NCBI GenBank assembly: GCA_951406725.2
Contig: OX597817.1
Span: 117,552,001-117,616,000, forward strand
Reading direction: 5' to 3'
Source: Octopus vulgaris
Taxonomy: Eukaryota
Length of the DNA: 64,000 nucleotides
The notes beneath the pieces are model-generated. The model saw only the letters and a program-made list of their open reading frames with translations. It was not told the DNA's origin and searched no databases. Both the position numbers and the translations under genes were made by a program. Below, piece after piece: positions 56,489 through 64,000 of this stretch (its first letter is position 1; each line of letters opens with the position of its first letter).

Positions 56489-56839
56489 ATATAAATAGAG
56501 CTAATATAGCAATTTCTTTGTAGAATGAAATAAAAAATGCAGAAAATTAATCGATTTTTGAATTTGATTGGATTTTCATTAGATGCGTCTACATCAATTT
56601 AACCGATCCCAGAGAAACAATCAGCCAATCTGTTTATATACTCAACAGAAAATTACAGCTTCTAATTTGCATACCATAAGTGTTAAGTCTTAACAACTCA
56701 TCTAATACCAGAGGCCTGTCAACGGTGTCCTCAGTTTACACAGTATCAATATATGACATATGTACCCTATGTAGTATATATATAAACAGGACACATTTAG
56801 CTCGTCCTCCCTAGATTGAAAACTGCGTGTTTGTTTTTA

Positions 56840-57020
56840 TTTACATTTGTCCCTCATGCCTACATGACAACCAGTGCTTGTTGGTTTACACTCCCGAAAA
56901 ATAGCAGTTCGGCCAACGATATCCACAGAATCAGTAAAAGGCTTTAGAAAGTAAGTATCGGGTCCCTGAAGGACGTTCCCTAGTATGACCGCAGTCCAAT
57001 AGTTGAAACAAAAGCTATAA
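56840..57020 (+). mobile_element. Old SINE family 1 3' half
   Basis: tgacaacc...gtttacactccc...agcagttcggc...atgaccgcagtccaatagttgaaacaaaag. Confidence 0.6.
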
Positions 57021-57480
57021 AAGATTACCGTTCCCATCGAACAAGAAGTTTTCACTTTAGTAGCACACATCAACCGACCGATTGTATTTACTTCTATTTG
57101 ATTTGAAACGCTAGAAAGAATGAGTTGAATTTTTTGCTGTTTATGTCCCTGCCATAGCTCTAAAATTTTAAAATTTCGATTATTAAACACTAACTGACTT
57201 TACAAGTAATCAAAATTTTAATCGATTTTCTTTTTCTATGAAGACTTTTCTTTTATAAACTGCTTTCAGCTTTCAAATATATTGATGGCTATAATGAAGA
57301 GTTGGCAGAATCATTGGAACGTCGGGCCGCAATATAGCTTCAGACTCATTATGTTCGGATATCGACTTTACCTTTCAGTTATTCGGCTTCGATGAAATAA
57401 GGACTAATTAAATACTGGACACAAGGTAATCAACATACCAGCTCCCACTACAATTGTTGGTGTTATGCCAAAGTTTGAAA

Positions 57481-57489
57481 TTATTATTA

Positions 57490-57586
<97 letters not shown>

Positions 57587-57594
57587 CATTATTA

Positions 57595-57662
<68 letters not shown>
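57481..57662 (+). repeat. (TAT)n microsatellite flanked by old SINE family 2 copies
   Basis: Directly visible. SINE remnants lie at ~57295-57475 and 57663-57810. Confidence 0.9.
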
Positions 57663-58445
57663 AAGGTAGCTAGCAGGCAGAATCACTAAGACACCAAACA
57701 AAATGCTTAGCGATAATTTGTCCACCCTTGCGATCTCAGTTCAGATCCCTTCGAGGTCAACGTTGCCTTCCATATCTTCATATGAAAGGACCAGTGAAGT
57801 ACTGGGTTACCTATAATAATAGCGATAAGAACAATTACTTTTATCCTTTGTTTAGCTTACAAAAAGAATATTTCATCGATTGATTATTTAGTTTCAGAAG
57901 AACAAAGAGAAATTAGATGAAAAGTAATTGTTTCCATATATTGAGTTTCTAAAGTAAAACACCAATTTACTTCCCTATATGCCAACACAGAGAAAAGTTT
58001 AAGAAATTAGAGAAAAGCAATGAAAGAGTAAGAAGTATCCTGGAGGTAATTCAAAAGACTTAAAACAATTACCAGTCATTGGATATTTTGCTTCAATTAG
58101 TGCTCTGTAACTTCCTTAGGCCATAGCAAAGATAGAAATTTCTCTGGCCGCGTAATTGCTATTTTGAATCAAGTTGGCTATGCTAAAAGCCATCAGAGAC
58201 GGCATTAAGTTCTCGCATTTGATGAAGCCAAACATTTTATATTCTTTGCTAAATTGGCTTTGCACAGTGAAAATATACAGCCTAATCTCAAATAATTGCT
58301 AAACCATTTAACTTAGAATTATTACAGAAGTCATCTTTGGTACTGAAACAAACTTTCTGTAACTTCTAGCGGCAATATAATGCGCGGTTTTTCTATTACT
58401 GCGTTGGAACATGCAACCACATATATAAATATACATTCGTACACG

Positions 58446-58480
<35 letters not shown>

Positions 58481-58524
58481 ACTTGGAGATGGATGCATGG
58501 CGTTCAATTAAATAATAAATAATT

Positions 58525-58556
<32 letters not shown>

Positions 58557-58604
58557 CATGTATACATACATACATATATATATATGCGTGTGTGTGTATG
58601 TCTT

Positions 58605-58657
<53 letters not shown>

Positions 58658-58659
58658 GT

Positions 58660-59302
58660 GGTACAGGACGTCACCAACGGTGCAAATAACATGAAATAAG
58701 TAAGCAACGAGGAAAAATGGAAAACAAGACAAGTAAGCACAGAGAAATTTAGCATAAATTCAGCAGTTGTCAGCTGTCTATCTACTCATTTCGAGCATTC
58801 ACCAAAAATATGAGTCTTCAAAGACAGTTTTTCCCATAAATTCTAACATAAAACTTAGGATTTATGGAGCGTTAAAGTTGGGAACAAAAACATGACATAC
58901 AAGGAAACCGAACGAAAGCAAATATGGATCGTTAGAACAGAACAGGAGGGAAATAGGCTACGCTGGGAGAAACGTTATGTTTGAAAAGAAGAAAGATAGG
59001 CGAGAGAGAGATAGAAAATGACCCCCACCCCCTGTTTTTTTTCGTTCTGTGTCCATCTATGTCTCAACTGTCATGTTTTTGTTCCTAAAGTGTGACCCTA
59101 CATAAATCCTAAATTTTATTTTAGAATTTATGAGCAACTGTCTTTGAAGACTCATATTGTCATTGAATGCACGAAATGAGGAGTAGATAGACAGCCGACA
59201 ACTGATGAAGGGTCCAATCTCTGGGTTTAATTCTCCTGTTTTCCATTGTTCCCGTTTTTTACGTACTTCATGTTATTTGCACCGTCGGTGACGTCCTGTA
59301 CC
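58660..59302. mobile_element. Head-to-head inverted pair of a pLTR-like repeat between (TA)n tracts
   Basis: Arms 58660-58897 and 59069-59302 are diverged reverse complements (ggtacaggacgtcacc...tgcaaataacatgaa / ttcatgttatttgcaccgtcggtgacgtcctgtacc). A third partial copy lies at ~60040-60283. Confidence 0.8.
59151..59213 (+). ncRNA. Candidate non-circularly permuted hammerhead ribozyme
   Basis: ctca-T-A-ttgtc ... gcac-GAAA-tgag ... gacaa-CTGATGA-a-gggt. Stems III (ctcat/atgag) and I (ttgtc/gacaa) close exactly in register with the core boxes. Confidence 0.55.
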
Positions 59303-59303
59303 C

Positions 59304-59389
<86 letters not shown>

Positions 59390-59410
59390 GTATTATATAT
59401 ATATATATAT

Positions 59411-59594
59411 TCGTAGCCGTATTTCGTCTGTCGTTACGTTCCGAGTTCAAATTCCGCCGAGGTCGACTTTGCTTTCATCCTTTCGGGGTCGATAAATTAA
59501 GTACCAGTTACGCACGGGGTCGATGTAGTCGACTTAATCCCTTTGTCTGTCCTTGTTTGTCCCCTCTGTGTTTAGCCCCTTGTGGGTAGTAAAG

Positions 59595-59597
<3 letters not shown>
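59411..59597 (+). mobile_element. SINE family 2 unit with the alternative (linker) tail
   Basis: Identical in structure to one unit of the 25 kb array. Confidence 0.88.
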
Positions 59598-59640
<43 letters not shown>

Positions 59641-59690
59641 ATAAATATATATATATATGTGTGTGTATACATATATATATATATGTGTGT

Positions 59691-59743
<53 letters not shown>

Positions 59744-59764
59744 ATATATACGATTTATTATTTA

Positions 59765-59894
59765 ATTGAATGTGACAAATCAATTTCCAAGTAAGTTTGT
59801 CTTCCCCTTTTTGATCCGACGCTCTTCTCTATATGATTTTCTTTCTCCATCATCCTCTAATTCCCTTTTCACCCCACTCCTTCACCGTTTTCTA

Positions 59895-59940
<46 letters not shown>

Positions 59941-60285
59941 ACACCCGCGTTGCTTGCACGTGTCCATCGTGCATCTGTCTTTTCCTCACGTGACCATCTT
60001 TCTTTTCCTGCACGGAAGTTCAAATGAACGGACGTGTTTTCCTCTCTCTCTTCTATCGTTTCTCTTTTCGAAAAATGTCTTTCTCCCAGCGTTCACTATT
60101 TTCCTCTTGTTCTGGTCTAATGACCTTCCATTTTTGTTGTCGTTCGTTTTCCTTGTATGTCGCCACTATCCTGTTTGTGTTCCCAACTTTAAGTCGCCAA
60201 AAATCCTAAATTTTGTTAGAATTTATGGGACTAAATATCTTTGAAGACTCATATTGTCGTTGAACGCTCGAAATGAGAAGTAGTA
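59765..60285 (+). mobile_element. Third, 3'-truncated copy of the 58.7-59.3 kb repeat
   Basis: tttctcccagcgt...ccttgtatgtc...gttcccaactttaa...tctttgaagactcatattgtcgttgaacgctcgaaatgag. The 5' boundary is approximate. Confidence 0.75.
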
Positions 60286-60289
60286 CCTG

Positions 60290-61740
60290 CCTTTAAAGCA
60301 TTTAAGGGTACGGGTAATCCTATCAACATATGCCAACGTAAGAACTAATTTCTTGTTAATTAGGAGTTATACCAAACCCTGTCTTAGTATTCCTATGCTT
60401 ATAAAAACGGATCATATTTGTCCCTCTGCTATTTTTCGAACCTCTAGTTAGATTATTAATTACGTTATCATTATGCTATTATTAGAATTGGTTCCATTTT
60501 TCTCAATCTTATCATCGCTATTTTTATACATGCTAGGTATCTTATCCTCATTGGTTTCTATTTTATTATTGTTATGCATTTTATTCTTTATTTCAATAGG
60601 AATGTTATGGGCAATTCTAGTAGATCTATATGCTATATTAGAGGAACTATAGGCTTTTTTCACATTTATATTTTCTTTATTGTGTTAATCTGATTTCAAA
60701 CTTTCTGAATTAAGGAATGAAACCTTCTAATTGTATCCCGCCTTTGATAGAACAATGTTATAATAATGGATGTATGAGTCAAATATATCAATATTAGCAG
60801 ATGATTGTCTACTTTCTACCGAGATTCCTCTTACTAATGATTTCAATACATTTGGGGGAAGATTAGAGGATCTGTTGACATACTTAGTAGTCTCATATTG
60901 TTTTCTATAGGGGCAATACATATTTCAGTTAAGATTTAGTATAGCATCTATTCGAAAGTAAGCTCTAGGTTAAAGCATTTGAAGAATTATTTGATTTTCT
61001 TCCTCATTCTTTCTATGACGGCATTGATGGTCTTACTATTCATAGACATAATGAAGAATGCGTCATACCTATATGGACCACCCTGCAGTTCAGGGAGTTC
61101 ATTACTAAGACAATTTAGGGGATATGCACCAATCAAATAAGTAACTGAGGCTGAGTCACTTGAACCCATGGCAATATCAACGTTATCAAGTGTATCACAA
61201 CTCGTCCATAGTCTACCCCCAAATTCTATAATAGTTTTCTTAGCTACGAGAATATCTATTTTATCCCTGGTTGTAAGAGAGAGGCCTTTAGTGAAAATCA
61301 GGGCCTTATTTAAGAGAATAGGGGACATTCTAGAATAATAACTGTTGATATCAAACTGTATAAATGAGTTTTTATCTCACATTTACAATAGATCAGAACC
61401 AGTGTATTGCTTTGTCAGTATTGCACCATAATCTAAACGATAATTTAGGAAGTAGGGAGAGTAAGACCGTATCCAGAATGGATTTTCTAAGTCGGCCGAT
61501 TTCAGATGTAGTCGGGCAAATAAATCAAACAAAGGGGTTGTCATGAAAGTTCATTTGTGGTCCTTGATGTTAATTCTATGTTCATTTGGCTTCATAGGTT
61601 CCGTTCGACCTACCACGTTTAAGTCCATCATAATTTCTTTAAATTCAGATTTGATTTTCAAGAGTTTTTTTTAGTGGTTACTTTATATTATGCATTAAGT
61701 TCTTTTAATATTAGTCTTCAATAAGTATCGTAGTTTAGTC
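60290..61740 (-). mobile_element. Penelope-like retroelement RT (+ probable GIY-YIG remnant), degenerate
   Basis: KDHK..NFHDNP..ICPTTSEIGRLRKSILD..WCNT..IHWF, DIAMGSSDSA..LIGAY, YRYD, PYRKQ...YVNRSSNLPPNVLK...AGY, and later SYVG. These are motifs of Penelope-like RTs with a C-terminal endonuclease. Confidence 0.8.
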
Positions 61741-64000
61741 CAGAGATGGGGAACATGCAACCTTCCGGGCCATCAAGTGCAGCCGTCTGCGGCCATTAGT
61801 ACATTTTCTTTTTTTTTTTGACAAAATATTTTTTGTCTAAAATAATTATACGCCCTAAACTTACAATAGGCATCATATGGACGAAAGGAAAGTAAACTGT
61901 GTTTAGTGATGTCACTCCCAGAGATTGGAAGCAATTTCCTTTGAATTTAAACTCAAACCAACAGGTATACAAAGGTAATATTTCCTTGTCAGCTACACAA
62001 GCCTAGTGGGAGTGACTTCACTTATCATACATGAAGAAATCCTTCCTCGTCTACCTTTTCATTGTGATCTATGCTACGTACTTTACTTAGTAATTGAGCA
62101 GTCGTGGCCAACTTCTTACTGACTTGTTTTGTGAGACTGAGTTAATTACAGTCTTATTTGAAACCGTAAATCCATCAGTGCGTCCGCTAATTTCACAGAC
62201 TTGCTTTTTATCATTGAGACTTGATAAGTGATACAGTGATCGTTTTCATTGCTACTCTGCTAAGCTGGCTGCAAACTGCTTCAGACAAAACGGTCTTAGA
62301 CAAGACATTATCAATCAGCATCCAGACCATGTTCTTGGAATCTTGGCCATAACTTCAACGATTGTCATTATTTTGTGAGATTGGAAACCGTCGATATTTG
62401 ACATTATTTGTGCAACAATTAAGTAATGGTAAATAATAGTACTAATTACAGAAAAAGGTTATTGCTAATCTAGATGTTATTCAGTCTCGAATGGTAGTAA
62501 CAGCTGCTAAAGTCAAAAACAAAAACATGATTTGGGATGCGAGTTTATCGTATCTTGTGTAGGACTGTTTTATTTAGGTCAGTGTGCGGCCGACGTTACC
62601 AATTCATTATTAAACTATTGTTTGTTAATGGTGTTTCAGAATAAATAGATTTCTTTTTAACTCATAATTATGTCAAGAAAATTAAAACGAACTTTGAAAG
62701 AAGAAAACAGGATCTTAGAAATTGCAATATCTTTTAGCAAATAGAGGAGGCAAAATGTCTTGTTTTGTGATACCGCAATTGTAACGGTTAAGAAATTCAA
62801 TACACAGCAACTTTTTATTCTCTTCATAAAGACAATAAATATGCCAAATTAGAGGGTGAGTCTGGAAAGATAAGCATTGCAGAATTTGAAAGATGGAAAA
62901 CAAAAGCAAAGGCAATTTTTCCAGTCTGTGTTGTATCAAAGAAATGCTGCAACAGAAGTCAGCTATATAGTTGCATATTTACTTGGAAAAAATGGTAAGC
63001 CATTTAGCGATGCAGAACTCATAACGAAATGTATTTTAGAAGTGGTAAAGTTAACAAATATAAAGAGGTGCCTCTTTCAAGGACTAATACAGATCGACAG
63101 TATCAATTGGCCTGTAATGTAAGAGAACAATTGAAAGCTATAATCCAAAAAGATGTATATTGCGCAGTAGCTTCCACAGATTCAGCACAACTATTGTATT
63201 TTTCGTGCTATAACTGATGATTTTCAATTATATAAAGAATTATTTCATCAAAGGAATGATGTAAGGGATAGATATTTTTAACAACTAATTTCGTAAATAA
63301 TATGTGCACGGATGGTCCGCCAGGATATGATGGCTGAAAATGACGGATTTATTGCATATCTTAAAAGAGTAACCAAAGAACCAAAGGTACTGACTTCTTT
63401 TCATTATATTTTACATCAGCAAAATCTCTGCAAAATGTCATTTTAAGTGACACTTTGCAGAAGGTTATAAGTATTGTAAACTATATTCGAGAAAATGCCC
63501 TGAAGCATCGTCAATTTCGAAACACGCTGATGATGCGTGACAAAGTAATTAATGTGAATTTGTCTTATCACTCAGAAGTACGCTGGTTGTTGCAAGGGAA
63601 AGTATTAGTTATACTATTGTCTTTACGAAGGCAAATAATTTACTTTTTCAAAGGAAACAACAAACGTGATTTATCAGATCCAAATTTTTACAGAGATGTT
63701 GCATTTTTATGTGATGTGATGTCAAAATAAAATGAGTTAAACATTTTGTTGCAAGACAAAATAATTGTATTTATAACATGTGACAAAAAATTTGGGCATT
63801 TAGAAAAAATATCGTTTTTCAAGTTCCTTTTAGTTAAATCAAATTTTTTAGAAGACTTTCCTTAGCTTAAATAGGTAATGAGGGAAAAAGAATATATCTA
63901 TAAATCGTTTGAAGAATGCGAGTGAGTTTTAAACTCATTAATAGAAGAATATAATAAAAGATTCAATGATTTTGAAAAACATAACATCACTCTGAAACTT
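61741..64000 (+). mobile_element. hAT (Charlie/SPIN/GTF2IRD2-like) transposon, degenerate, continues beyond window
   Basis: Left end cagagatggggaac (hAT-like TIR). Remnants from ~62670: GKPFSDAELITKC, CTDG, FHYILHQQNLC, VISIVNYIRENALKHRQF, EVRWLLQGKVL, VAFLCD. Confidence 0.88.

Noticed and set aside
59144-59180. Alternative reading TTGAAGA...GAAA as a standard type I hammerhead
   Set aside because: C3 is missing in all three copies, and no stem II, III or I closes in that register. The permuted reading gives in-register stems.

Overview
AT-rich, microsatellite-laden eukaryotic DNA. The SINE families and repeat landscape look like a coleoid cephalopod, most likely Octopus; this is an inference from recognised repeats. 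No intact host protein-coding gene is recognisable, and nearly all ORF-track entries are microsatellite read-throughs or transposon remnants. Retroelements: a nearly intact but 5'-truncated CR1-group LINE (9.0-11.8 kb) plus an older relative, R4/Dong-type RLE LINE fragments, a Tx1/L1-type remnant, a Penelope-like RT remnant, and many copies of two tRNA-derived SINE families, one forming concatemers. DNA transposons: three Tc1/mariner elements, MULE and hAT transposase remnants, a MITE and a probable non-autonomous Helitron. The most notable signals are RNA-level. Several Penelope-type terminal repeats carry hammerhead ribozyme (HHR) motifs, including a near-perfect ~240-bp-arm palindrome with one HHR per strand (12.5-13.0 kb). 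A repeat family at 58.7-60.3 kb appears to carry a hammerhead whose three strands are in non-circularly permuted order. A few well-bounded minus-strand exon candidates suggest that the window may be intronic sequence of a large gene or lncRNA. All pairings and translations were done by eye.
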